A stretch of DNA of 64,000 bases, taken from assembly GCA_035403465.1 (NCBI GenBank), contig DAONFG010000002.1, forward strand, positions 123,835 through 187,834, written 5' to 3'. The position numbers and the translations under genes were made by a program. The notes under the pieces were generated by a model, which did no database searches, had not been told where the DNA came from, and saw only the letters and a program-made list of their open reading frames with translations. This DNA comes from Spirochaetota bacterium (GTDB lineage Bacteria; Spirochaetota; UBA4802; UBA5550). Below, one piece after another: positions 1 to 9,347 of the stretch; the stretch's first letter is position 1; each line of letters begins with the position of its first letter.

Positions 1-1
1 C

Positions 2-172
2 GGTTACTATTTACTGTTTATAACCAACTTTTATAAAATTCGTGCTGTAGGCGAAGAGTTTCCTGTTCTGAAGTATTCAGTATACTGTAAAAACACTAAC
101 GATCCCGTGATCAAGGAGACTGTTGAAAGACTTTTTAAATACAACCAGCCGCTTTCATCCAGGACTAAGTAG
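2..172 (+). CDS. 3' end of a hypothetical protein gene that starts before the window
   Basis: Open frame runs from the window edge (…GYYLLFITNFYKIRAVGEEFPVLKYSVYCKNTNDPVIKETVERLFKYNQPLSSRTK*) to TAG at 170-172 and is followed by a hairpin terminator. No start lies inside the window and no homology was recognised. Confidence 0.25.
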   Translation, partial: GYYLLFITNFYKIRAVGEEFPVLKYSVYCKNTNDPVIKETVERLFKYNQPLSSRTK

Positions 173-193
173 CAGCCCGGACATACAGTATAA

Positions 194-224
194 TAAAAAA
201 ACCCTTCGCAGGAAGGGTTTTTTT
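194..224. terminator. Bidirectional rho-independent terminator hairpin between two convergent genes
   Basis: An A-run, the stem cccttc/gaaggg with loop gcag, then a T-run. It sits just downstream of the minus-strand thioesterase stop (235) and of the plus-strand partial ORF stop (172). Confidence 0.6.
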
Positions 225-234
225 ATCGTCAGTT

Positions 235-723
235 TCAGATACTGCAGTTCAGTTTCCCGGCCTGTACAGCCTCCAGCCTTGCGCGTTTCCTCTCCTGTGC
301 CTCGCAGTTTCTTCTTTTCTCGTCGTCAGTTTCAAGGATCAGCGGCGGAATTGGTTTCGGCCTTAGCTTTTCGTCAAGGGAAACAAACATAAGGTATGCG
401 GAACCTGTGTGACGAACCAGTCCTGTTACAAAATTTTCCGCTTCAACACGTACCCCGATCTCCATGGAGGTCCTGCCCACAAAATTTACGCTGGCACTGA
501 CTCTCAGAAGGTCACCTACAAACACGGGACTGTGAAAGTCAACACGGTCAATCGATGCTGTAACCGCATTTCCACCGGTGTGCCGGACAGCGACTATGCC
601 CGCAGTGTTATCAATAAGTTTGAGAATTACTCCCCCATGAACATTACCTGCAAGGTTTGCGTCCTGGTGTGTCATCTGCTGTACAACTGTAACGCTGCTC
701 TCTTTTACTGTTTTCCCTTCCAT
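235..723 (-). CDS. acyl-CoA thioesterase, hotdog fold (YciA-like)
   Basis: 162 aa with a hotdog-fold thioesterase signature (HGGVILKLIDNTAGIVAVRH…GDLLRVSASV). The SD GGGAGGA lies 5 nt upstream of the ATG. Confidence 0.8.
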   Translation of the reverse strand: MEGKTVKESSVTVVQQMTHQDANLAGNVHGGVILKLIDNTAGIVAVRHTGGNAVTASIDRVDFHSPVFVGDLLRVSASVNFVGRTSMEIGVRVEAENFVTGLVRHTGSAYLMFVSLDEKLRPKPIPPLILETDDEKRRNCEAQERKRARLEAVQAGKLNCSI

Positions 724-851
724 ATCAGTCCTCCCGAGAACTTTAATGATATATTAAATAACAATTTTCGATAAACTTTCATGATTATATCCGGCTTTAA
801 ACTAAGCGTGGAATAAGCAATTATTACTATGTATAAGTATTTAATTTAATG

Positions 852-2900
852 TTAAAACATTTTGCCATTAAGCCCCGGTTTTTTACTCATTGCAAGAAGA
901 ATGTCTCCCGAATAATCAGCAGCCATGGCGCCTGTCCCTCTCCTGAGTACCGATACAATCCCGCACCTTCCGCACCCGCCTATGAATATGCCGTATCCGC
1001 AATGGCTGTTTGTGCCTGAAATCACTGTACCGGTCTTCCCCCAGGCAGAGAGCCGCTTGTAATCCTCCAGGCGTGCGCCGTTGCCGTTACTGCTGCTGTG
1101 ACTTCCGGTGCCGATTGTCATTGTGGCGCAGAGCGCGTCGCGGATTATGCTGAATTCATCGGCCCTTACTTTTTTTCTGAAAGAGAGAATCATCCTGTCT
1201 GCGGACTCTTGCGGTGACACAAGCATCGCGAGGTGCACAAGGCCCTTTATACTTACGGTGAGCCTGAAATCGAGTCCTGCAAGCAGAGATGCGAATTCCC
1301 TTTCATTGTTTACAGCCGGGAGATCGATGTCAATTCCCGTTTCCTTTACAAAGCTCTTTACCCACGCGCTGTATTTTTTCATATCGATTGCGGAGTATAA
1401 CGAAGCAAAGTAGAGGTTGCACGAATTGTATACTGCGCTGCGCAGGTCCATTTCGCCATGGCCTCCGGGTTCCCAGCATTTTTCAGGAAGGTTTCTGTCG
1501 GAACGGTCTGCTGTACACCTGAACCTGTGGTTATAAAAAAGGTCTTTCCTTTCCGAGGCAAGGTAAAGCACTGTTACAAGTTTTGACACGGATCCGAAGG
1601 GAATACGCCTGTTCAGGAAAAGTTCCTGCTCACGGGTTTTTGCAGTTACGCCGCTCTGCAGATCAAATGTGACAAACCTGTGGTAGTGATAAGACTCTGC
1701 GCCTTCCCCGGTATTGTATTTTATCCAGGGATAGTAGTGTTCCAGTATCTCGTAACGCGAGTAACCTTTGGCTGCCAGCTGTACAGCGCCCTCGATGCTC
1801 AGTCCTGCACAGTGCCCCAGGCCCGATCCCCTGAACATAAAGATGCCGTTCCCACAGCGCACCTCGTAGTTGTTGCTTTTGATAAAGCTCCAGCCCTTAA
1901 CCCTGTTTATTATAAGACGGAATGTTTCGGGTGCAATGCGGTGCGGTCCCTCGTAAGTTTGAAGTATCATTGCCTCCTGCTGCACTGAATAGTTTATCTG
2001 CACCGCCTTTATTTTTATTGCTGCATAAAGTATCGAGTTAAGATCGTCGGAACTGATATCGGCTTTCCATGACGGGTAGAGTTTCCTGCTGAGCGTAAAG
2101 TTTTCGCTGTATATGATGTCGGGCACAGGTTGTTCCCTGACATCGATACCTGCGCTGAATACTTTACCAGTGAGTATTATACCCCCGCCCGATGACCCGA
2201 AAAATACCCTGCTGCCGCACTCCGCGTTTATTGTTACCTGATCATTGAAGGTGAACCGGCTGCGTCCCCTGTAGCCCTGGCAGCATGTAAGGTCGCAGAA
2301 ATGAGCACCGTTATGTTTAGCCCCCTCCCGCGCCGACAGTGACCGGGCCAGCACCGCGTGAGCCAGTGCGTAGAGCGCCTCGGCCTTTGTTTCGTTATAA
2401 ACTCCAAGTTCGGCTGAAGCAGAGTCTACAGCGTACTGCATAATATTTTCGGTAATTATGAACTGCACGTCGCGGCCTGTACATATTATTTCAAGCGGCA
2501 GGGGGTAGCGCCTGGTCTCTCCCTGTGCGCTGAAAGTAAAAACCGGATCCGGTCCGTCACCGGTTATTATGGTCCTGCCGCTGCTCAGCTCACTGCCTCC
2601 GCCCGTAACAGCAAACATGCCGTCTATGAAGCGGACTGTAAGTCTCCTTAAAGAAAAGGTTCCATTAACTGTTTCAGCGCATGCACCTGCAGGGAAGTCC
2701 AGCACAAGGGATTGTGACCGGCCCTCTTTAAGTTCACGCAGACTTTTCGAGATGATCATGATACGTACGCTTCTCCCGGCAATGCCCTGCACGCTGCTCT
2801 CTGCAGCAACAGGAATACCGGGCGAGAAAAGAGATACAGCCGGCAGAATAACCGCCGCCGCTATGCGCATCAGCCGGATTTTATTTATCTGCCTGAACAT
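852..2900 (-). CDS. secreted SpoIID/LytB-domain protein fused to a penicillin-binding transpeptidase-like domain
   Basis: 682 aa with a signal peptide. SpoIID motifs are present (ETKAEALYALAHAVLARS…HFCDLTCCQGYRG and GSGLGHCAGLSIEGAVQLAAKGYSRYEILEHYYPW). The C-terminal ~260 aa carry the PBP active-site triad PFGSVSK (SxxK), YNSCN (SxN) and WGKTGT (KTG). The start overlaps the A2M stop by 20 nt. Confidence 0.8.
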   Translation of the reverse strand: MFRQINKIRLMRIAAAVILPAVSLFSPGIPVAAESSVQGIAGRSVRIMIISKSLRELKEGRSQSLVLDFPAGACAETVNGTFSLRRLTVRFIDGMFAVTGGGSELSSGRTIITGDGPDPVFTFSAQGETRRYPLPLEIICTGRDVQFIITENIMQYAVDSASAELGVYNETKAEALYALAHAVLARSLSAREGAKHNGAHFCDLTCCQGYRGRSRFTFNDQVTINAECGSRVFFGSSGGGIILTGKVFSAGIDVREQPVPDIIYSENFTLSRKLYPSWKADISSDDLNSILYAAIKIKAVQINYSVQQEAMILQTYEGPHRIAPETFRLIINRVKGWSFIKSNNYEVRCGNGIFMFRGSGLGHCAGLSIEGAVQLAAKGYSRYEILEHYYPWIKYNTGEGAESYHYHRFVTFDLQSGVTAKTREQELFLNRRIPFGSVSKLVTVLYLASERKDLFYNHRFRCTADRSDRNLPEKCWEPGGHGEMDLRSAVYNSCNLYFASLYSAIDMKKYSAWVKSFVKETGIDIDLPAVNNEREFASLLAGLDFRLTVSIKGLVHLAMLVSPQESADRMILSFRKKVRADEFSIIRDALCATMTIGTGSHSSSNGNGARLEDYKRLSAWGKTGTVISGTNSHCGYGIFIGGCGRCGIVSVLRRGTGAMAADYSGDILLAMSKKPGLNGKMF

Positions 2901-5900
2901 CTATCACCAGCGGAAGGGTCCATCCCTGTATCGATTCCTCGTACATGCATCCGATCCTTGCGGGCCTCATTATAAATGAACCTGGAAGTTCCGCCCGGAT
3001 TATATATGCCACTTCGTATTCCTGGCCCTTCCTGATCCCGGTAAAAAAGAAGACCATGCGGTTGTCCCTGCGCTCTACGTGGGAATAGGGCTGCCCGCCG
3101 TTATAGGCACTCTCCTTCACCACTTCGAAACCCGAAGGGAGGTAATCTTCAAGCACCATGAATCCGAAGTCCTCCTGCGCCGTAAAGCGTACCCGTACAA
3201 GCAGCTCGTCTCCTGTAACGACCGTGCTCTTCTCTTCAACCGGTTGGGGCACAAGGTATTCCTGCAGCTTCATGTCCTTTACCCTGTTCAGGAAGAATAT
3301 ATCCCTGCGCGCCGAGACTCCGTTTGAAAGACCCTTGATGTTCCGCTTTTCAGATTTCATGAAAGAGAAAAGACCTTCAGGCTTAAAGATGTATGTACCC
3401 TTCACAGTTGCTGTGAATGTCGTATCACCGGATGCTTTTCCCGATACGGTGATTTTGTAAGAATCAGCTTTTTTGCCTGCGGGGAGTTTTATAATCTTCA
3501 CCAGGTTATTCATGCTCTTTTCAGAATCAAGGTTATACCTGAAATCCGCGATCTTTTCACCGTTCAGGGAGAACGAAATATTCCCCTCAGGTGTAAAGCC
3601 GGTTTCTTTCAGCGAAAGATACTCGCACATGGCCATGACAACAGTGCCCGTGGTTTTTGTGGAAACCCAGCGGTCCCCTGAAAACCTTTTTGAAAGCGAA
3701 GTATACGCCTTTGCGGCCAACTCCCCGGTATCGCCTGCAAGTACAAGCGCCGAGAGCACATGTGCCGTGATCTCTGTGGGTCCGCCGGCCCATCCCCAGC
3801 TCTGGCCCCTGCCGGCAGTCCAGTAGACACCGCTTGAATCATACATCGCTGTATCATATATTTTTTTCTTTAATGACGGGATTATCTTCCGGATTTCAGA
3901 TGACTCAAAATCATCTTTCGCGCCCTTCAAATGCAGTGTTGCGGCCTTGATTAAATTTGCCGCCATGTATGCGTTGATTTTTTCGTCACCGGCAAGCTGT
4001 TTAAAAATCTCATGGTTCCACCTGCCGTATAACGAGTAGATGTAAAGCAGGTATGAAATTTCATCATTTGACTGTATTTCACGGTTTTCAAACATCCTTT
4101 CTATCGCAGCAAGACCTGTATCGGCAACAGACCGGGTTATGCTGTACCCGTGAGCCTGTGCAGTGTGCAGTGCGAACATGGCAAAACCTGTAGTGTACCC
4201 GTTCCCCCTGTCCCCTTCCCACCAGCCCCATGAGCCGTCATAGTTCTGGAATTTCTCAATCCTTTTTATTCCATCTTCAACACTCGAAGCAAGGTTATCT
4301 TTGAGGCTCCCGGGGACAAGTCCCGTGTAGTTTTCATTATCCATCAGGTTCATGAGTACAATGTTCGGTATGAACCTGTTTATGGTCTGCTCAAGGCACC
4401 CGTATTCGTAGGCGCTCATGAATTCTACCGCACGTAACATCTGCACTACCGGCGAAGGATTCACGGTGATTACAACCTGTTCCGGCATAAACTCAAAGTC
4501 TTCGTCACCTTTGACAGGCTTGATCACCAGATCTTTCGTGCTGCCCATGTCTCCTGATGCGCTTATATTATATGCGATGCCGCGTCTTTCCACCGGGATC
4601 TTGTGCCTGACAGCGTCCCCCTTACCACCCTGGACTGTACCACTGAACTCCACATCGAGTGTCTCTTTCCCTTCTGGCACGTCGATTGAATAAAACTTGT
4701 CTGCAGATCCGTACCCGGGCAGGCTTACCTTGAAGTCCGTCACAGGCGCAGACACCTTTTCATTTATCTTCATCTCAGTAGCAATATTCTCGATACCGGC
4801 CCCTGTGTTATTGTTCACGATCCCTATAAGCCACACCCTGTCCCCTTCGATAAAAAATCTTGGTTTCCCGGTGCGTACAACGATATCCTGCGTTGTAAGA
4901 AATTTTTTTCTTTCCTCTCCCATCATGCCGGACTGGTCGTGACCGCGAGCCGTGAGCCTCCATGTTGTAAGGTTGTCGGGAAGGGTAAATGAAACGGCCG
5001 CTTCACCTTTCGCGTCGGTGCGGATCGATCCTTCCCAGAATGCCGTATCCCTGAAGTTTTCACGCACCTTCAGCGTGCTGTCCTTGGCCGCGCCTGCAAG
5101 CAGTGTGATCGGATAGGAGTATGACGTGAGCACCCAGTTTGAAATCTTCGAATAGAAGAACGATGATATCTCCGGCGTGCTGTCCCGTCGTATTGAATAG
5201 ATCGATTCATCTACCGCGGATAAAGATATGTCCGCCTGCACCGGTTTGCCCGATTGGTCTGCGGCTTTTATCTTTATTACGGCCTTATCGCCGGGACCGT
5301 ATTTCTCTTTATCCGGAATGAGTGATATGCTGAACTTCACATCCTCTGTCGGCAGGCTTACCTCGGTGTCCGCGGTGTAAAGGGCACGCCCGCGCTGCAT
5401 CGCAGCGCGGATAAAGAGGTTCGGCGCGTAACCGGATTTGATTTTAATCTTAACCGGTACAACATTTTTATCCATCTTCACAACACGGTATTCGTAGATA
5501 TCGCGTCCCTCAACTGTTAGAAGCACATAGGAATCGGTGTACCTGCTCTTCAGGAGACATGTAACCTCCCCCTCCCCCGGCAGCTCGGACTTGTTAACCG
5601 AAAGCTCAAGGTTCCTGAACTTCGAATCCGCGTTCCCCCCTGCGCTGTTATAAATCCATATTACCCGGGACCCTGTAATGAGGTTGTCACGGGAGTCCTT
5701 GCCCTGAGCTGTAATATCAAACTCACCGTCAACACCCAGGTCTTTTGGAATTGTAAATTCTGCGCGCCCGTCCTTGCCCGTGGTAATCTTTTTAGTAAAG
5801 TAAGGCCTGCTGTCATGAACATAGACACGTTCGACCGGTTTCCATATATACCGGTAAAGGTTAAGTTCAAGGCTGACGCTTACGGGTTTTCCCGCGTGGG

Positions 5901-8226
5901 ACAGCGTGACCACCGTGACTTTCTTCTCCACTGTTGATCCGAAAAAATTCTCTTCAGGAATTATCTGAACGTAAAACTCGCCGCGGCCCACACGCACATC
6001 CCGCTGCGAGGTAATGGTCACGTTGGACTTGTCCGTAACCGATGCCTCAAGCGTGATGATACGGTCATAAGCCATGTTCCCTGCAGCCACCTTCAGCACA
6101 ACTGAACCGGAGGAGTCGGTGTACTTATCCCCCTCCAGCTTTATGCGCGAGTATGAACCGTTCCCTTCGTCACCGTAATAAGCTTCATCGGTTTCAGTCT
6201 TTTTTTCGTAGAACCTGAACTTTACGTGCGCGTTACTTAAAGGTGCCCCGAAAAAATACTTTGTATCAACCTTGAACTCAACGGTATCGCCGTTAATGTA
6301 GAAGTCCTTTACCGGGTTTATCTCCACGAGGAATTCAGGCTTGCGGTACTGCTCAACGTAGAATGAACCTGAACCGTAAAGGTCATCGGCCTTGAATCCT
6401 GCATTGATAGTGAAGTATCCAAGCTCTGAAGATTCAGGGATCACAACACTTCCGGTCGCAGTTCCCCATTCATCCAGCTTAACAGAATCCGACACCAGCG
6501 GTGCTGAATAGGACTTACCCAGCGAATAGCAGATTGTCTCATTCTTAATGGGTGTAAACTTTTTGCCCATTCGTTTCGCTATGATTTTAAAGAATACTGT
6601 GTCCCCTGACCTGTAGACCGGCCTGTCAGTGTATATGTAGAATTTGTCTTTTTCCGATTTGTAGTAGTCAGACCTGCCGGCCCTGCAAATGGCATAACTG
6701 CCGTCAGGCGATATGGTGAGAACAGAAATATTCCCAGACTTAACATTATCCGCCCTGAATATTCCGTTCTCATCGGTCTTACCCCTGGCAATAGTTTTAA
6801 CAGGAAGATCCTCAACCTGTATGCCCTCATCGATCGAATAATCGTGCTGTACAATTTTACGCTCGTCCTGGTCATATAGGACAACAGTCACGTCTTTAAC
6901 CGGGTTGTTCTGTACAAGGTCAGTAACATAAACAGTGAGGTTTTCCGGCGCCCTCTTTATAACTGAGCCGATATTAGTCACTGTGAAGAACTCCCTTGAA
7001 ACTACATCCCCCTTTCCTTTTACCTCTATACAGTATCCGCCAGACTGAAGAGGCGTATTAATTTTCACGGAGTAATACATCCACTCATAAGGCTGAAAGT
7101 CCTTAACGGACTCCTCCCATTCAGTAACAGCCTTGAATCCCGACTTCACCGGATCGATCTTTTCCGGTTCCCGCTTACCGGTGAGAAAAATATCGACCGG
7201 CATCTTCCATATTTTAACCTTTACCGTGTCGAGCTTCAGGGTACGCAGGTTGAATTCGACTTCGCGTCCCGGTGTGAACGTGTAGCGGTACGAACTGATT
7301 TTTATTTCAGGCGGCTTTGACTTTACGGTGAACTTTTTATCAGAAACATTTTTCCCTTCGTCAATGCGCACCGTACCCGCATCCTTCTGATAAAATCCCT
7401 GGTGCGACAGTGTGATTTTATATGTGCCGGGCTTCAGGTCCTCAAGAATAAACGACCCGTCCCTGTATGTAACATTTGAATAGCTGTAACGCCCCTCTGC
7501 AGTAATGTTGATGTTAACCGCAGGCGCGTCGATCTCTTCAATCATAACTTTCCCTGACAGCGAGGCGGGCCTGTACATCACCATGTTGAACCTGAAGGTC
7601 TCCCCGGTCTTGATCCTGTTAAGGCTTGCGCTTTCGCTTATGTACCCGGCCTTCGAAAAGTAGAGAATGTATGATCCGGGGTAGAGTTTTTCCAGCCTGT
7701 AGTTTCCCTTGCTGTCTGTTTTAACAAATCCCGGAGTTCCCGATTCCGAGCCGTAGTCCTCGTTGTAATTGTTAATCTTTATCTCTGCATCACTTACAGG
7801 ATTTCCGGCGGAGTCCTTAACGCTGCCTGTAATGACAGACTCGGTGAGCAGCTGCACATCTTTTTTTGAAGAAGTAATATTCGCTGTTTCAGCAAAAGTA
7901 ACGTAGCCTGGAGCCGTAACCTCGATGTCGTACCTTATCTGCGCGATAAAGTCATCTATCCTGTAATGTCCCCTGCTGTCAGTAGTGGTCTTGTAGTAGC
8001 CCACTCCCCGGTTCGAGTTCTTGATCTCGACCACCGCTCCCTTCACCGGTTTTTTTGTGTTTATGTCTGTAACAGTTCCCTCGAGGTACTTTATCTTTTC
8101 AATTTCGGGCGAGTCACCGTAGATCCTGGTGTCTTCCTGGCTCTTAACATCAGACAGGGAGCCTGCAATCACGAGTATTAAAACTGCGATCAAAGAACCC
8201 GGAATTACTCTACTGAACTTTTTCAT
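2881..8226 (-). CDS. bacterial alpha-2-macroglobulin family protein (thioester-containing)
   Basis: 1781 aa with a signal peptide, N-terminal carboxypeptidase-regulatory-like Ig repeats, and the thioester motif GCLEQ (…MSAYEYGCLEQTINR…). The size and layout match the YfhM/ECAM class. Confidence 0.9.
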   Translation of the reverse strand: MKKFSRVIPGSLIAVLILVIAGSLSDVKSQEDTRIYGDSPEIEKIKYLEGTVTDINTKKPVKGAVVEIKNSNRGVGYYKTTTDSRGHYRIDDFIAQIRYDIEVTAPGYVTFAETANITSSKKDVQLLTESVITGSVKDSAGNPVSDAEIKINNYNEDYGSESGTPGFVKTDSKGNYRLEKLYPGSYILYFSKAGYISESASLNRIKTGETFRFNMVMYRPASLSGKVMIEEIDAPAVNINITAEGRYSYSNVTYRDGSFILEDLKPGTYKITLSHQGFYQKDAGTVRIDEGKNVSDKKFTVKSKPPEIKISSYRYTFTPGREVEFNLRTLKLDTVKVKIWKMPVDIFLTGKREPEKIDPVKSGFKAVTEWEESVKDFQPYEWMYYSVKINTPLQSGGYCIEVKGKGDVVSREFFTVTNIGSVIKRAPENLTVYVTDLVQNNPVKDVTVVLYDQDERKIVQHDYSIDEGIQVEDLPVKTIARGKTDENGIFRADNVKSGNISVLTISPDGSYAICRAGRSDYYKSEKDKFYIYTDRPVYRSGDTVFFKIIAKRMGKKFTPIKNETICYSLGKSYSAPLVSDSVKLDEWGTATGSVVIPESSELGYFTINAGFKADDLYGSGSFYVEQYRKPEFLVEINPVKDFYINGDTVEFKVDTKYFFGAPLSNAHVKFRFYEKKTETDEAYYGDEGNGSYSRIKLEGDKYTDSSGSVVLKVAAGNMAYDRIITLEASVTDKSNVTITSQRDVRVGRGEFYVQIIPEENFFGSTVEKKVTVVTLSHAGKPVSVSLELNLYRYIWKPVERVYVHDSRPYFTKKITTGKDGRAEFTIPKDLGVDGEFDITAQGKDSRDNLITGSRVIWIYNSAGGNADSKFRNLELSVNKSELPGEGEVTCLLKSRYTDSYVLLTVEGRDIYEYRVVKMDKNVVPVKIKIKSGYAPNLFIRAAMQRGRALYTADTEVSLPTEDVKFSISLIPDKEKYGPGDKAVIKIKAADQSGKPVQADISLSAVDESIYSIRRDSTPEISSFFYSKISNWVLTSYSYPITLLAGAAKDSTLKVRENFRDTAFWEGSIRTDAKGEAAVSFTLPDNLTTWRLTARGHDQSGMMGEERKKFLTTQDIVVRTGKPRFFIEGDRVWLIGIVNNNTGAGIENIATEMKINEKVSAPVTDFKVSLPGYGSADKFYSIDVPEGKETLDVEFSGTVQGGKGDAVRHKIPVERRGIAYNISASGDMGSTKDLVIKPVKGDEDFEFMPEQVVITVNPSPVVQMLRAVEFMSAYEYGCLEQTINRFIPNIVLMNLMDNENYTGLVPGSLKDNLASSVEDGIKRIEKFQNYDGSWGWWEGDRGNGYTTGFAMFALHTAQAHGYSITRSVADTGLAAIERMFENREIQSNDEISYLLYIYSLYGRWNHEIFKQLAGDEKINAYMAANLIKAATLHLKGAKDDFESSEIRKIIPSLKKKIYDTAMYDSSGVYWTAGRGQSWGWAGGPTEITAHVLSALVLAGDTGELAAKAYTSLSKRFSGDRWVSTKTTGTVVMAMCEYLSLKETGFTPEGNISFSLNGEKIADFRYNLDSEKSMNNLVKIIKLPAGKKADSYKITVSGKASGDTTFTATVKGTYIFKPEGLFSFMKSEKRNIKGLSNGVSARRDIFFLNRVKDMKLQEYLVPQPVEEKSTVVTGDELLVRVRFTAQEDFGFMVLEDYLPSGFEVVKESAYNGGQPYSHVERRDNRMVFFFTGIRKGQEYEVAYIIRAELPGSFIMRPARIGCMYEESIQGWTLPLVIDVQADK

Positions 8227-8280
8227 AATAATCTCCGATGTGGTTATGTTTATTCATAAATTATTGAGGACTATCCCTAT

Positions 8281-8424
8281 TGTCATTCCGGCCGGAGCAA
8301 AGCGTAGTGCCGGCGGCTTTCAGATGCCCCCTTGCGGGAAATCTTCATTATACAATCAGTTTATCAGTTAACCCGTTGAGTCATACGGATTCCGGTATTT
8401 GCTGATAGCAAAACCGGAATGACA
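8281..8424. mobile_element. MITE-like nonautonomous element, copy A (perfect 11-bp TIR tgtcattccgg/ccggaatgaca)
   Basis: 144 bp bounded by perfect 11-bp inverted repeats. It is intergenic, 55 bp upstream of the A2M start. Its TIR core TGTCATT(C/G)CG is shared with copies B and C. Confidence 0.45.
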
Positions 8425-8460
8425 GATGAGTATAAATTAACCTGCGAAATCCGTAAAAAT

Positions 8461-9051
8461 CTATCTTATCGTTACAGCTCTGAACTTTGAATACCTGCAG
8501 TCGTTTTTTTCCGCAAGGGCAGTTACCCTTGACAAAGTCCTGAATTCAGCGGGAACGATCACTCTACCCGGCTGATCATCACATTCAATAAACATTCCGA
8601 AAAGAGCAATGTCAATATTATTTGGATCATCAACGGGTTCAGGGTACGATGTCAGGGTTACTATAATTTCGGTATCTTCAAGTTCAGCGGATTCTATGGG
8701 CCTGTAGCGCGGGTCAAGGTAGAGCGCGCCCCTTAGGTACTGCAAAAATATTTCTTTTGTGGATGCCGGCTCGTGGTCAAAAGCGCCGTAGCATCCGCGG
8801 ACCTTTCCTCTCCTGACCAGGGTAATGAACATGCCCGCGCGTCCTGAAAGTTCAGGAAGTTCAAACTGGAACGCCGGGTCAGCAGTTTCGCCGTTCAGGC
8901 TGCGGAACGCACATTTTTTAAGCCATACTAAAAGTTCACGGCTTGCAGGTGTATGTGAAAATTTATTCCACTGGTCAAGTGCCGGGATTTCTGCACTGAC
9001 AACTGACAGCGCAAATATAATGATCAGGAGCAGTGACAGTTTATTTTTCAT
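8461..9051 (-). CDS. secreted AMMECR1-domain protein
   Basis: 196 aa with a signal peptide (LLLIIIFALSVVSA). The AMMECR1 core is present (GMFITLVRRGKVRGCYGAF…LYLDPRYRPIESAELEDTEIIVTLTS, compare the RGCIG…DPRFxP consensus). Confidence 0.55.
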   Translation of the reverse strand: MKNKLSLLLIIIFALSVVSAEIPALDQWNKFSHTPASRELLVWLKKCAFRSLNGETADPAFQFELPELSGRAGMFITLVRRGKVRGCYGAFDHEPASTKEIFLQYLRGALYLDPRYRPIESAELEDTEIIVTLTSYPEPVDDPNNIDIALFGMFIECDDQPGRVIVPAEFRTLSRVTALAEKNDCRYSKFRAVTIR

Positions 9052-9152
9052 TAGACCAGGAGTTAAGGAATATAAATTGAAAAGTCAACGGATATTTTAA
9101 ACAGAATATACCTGTATACCCTGAATTTTCATGGTTGGGCCAGTATACATTC

Positions 9153-9263
9153 TGTCACTGCGAGGTATGAAATACCGTGGCAGTCTGTTTATGGGATTAA
9201 CAATTTTATTAAATTTAATACATTTCTGCCTGAGCAGATTGCTTCACTGCGTTCGCAATGACA
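9153..9263. mobile_element. MITE-like element, copy B (TIR tgtcactgcga/tcgcaatgaca)
   Basis: 111 bp. Its ends and internal blocks (gtcactgcgagg, ccgtggcagtctgtt, ctga.cagatt.cttcact.cgttcgcaatgaca) recur at 20641-20812. It lies in the intergenic region upstream of the MBL-fold gene. Confidence 0.55.
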
Positions 9264-9347
9264 CCTGCAAATCTTATCATACACTGTTATATATCATCTT
9301 TTATAAAACGCTTGACTGATGTTTTCAGAAGGTATTACATTCACTAT

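Noticed and set aside
123-774. ORF-track entries 123..392(+) and 409..774(+)
   Set aside because: They overlap the terminator and lie antisense to the well-supported thioesterase gene (235..723, minus). They have no motifs and a biased low-complexity composition, so they are treated as spurious.
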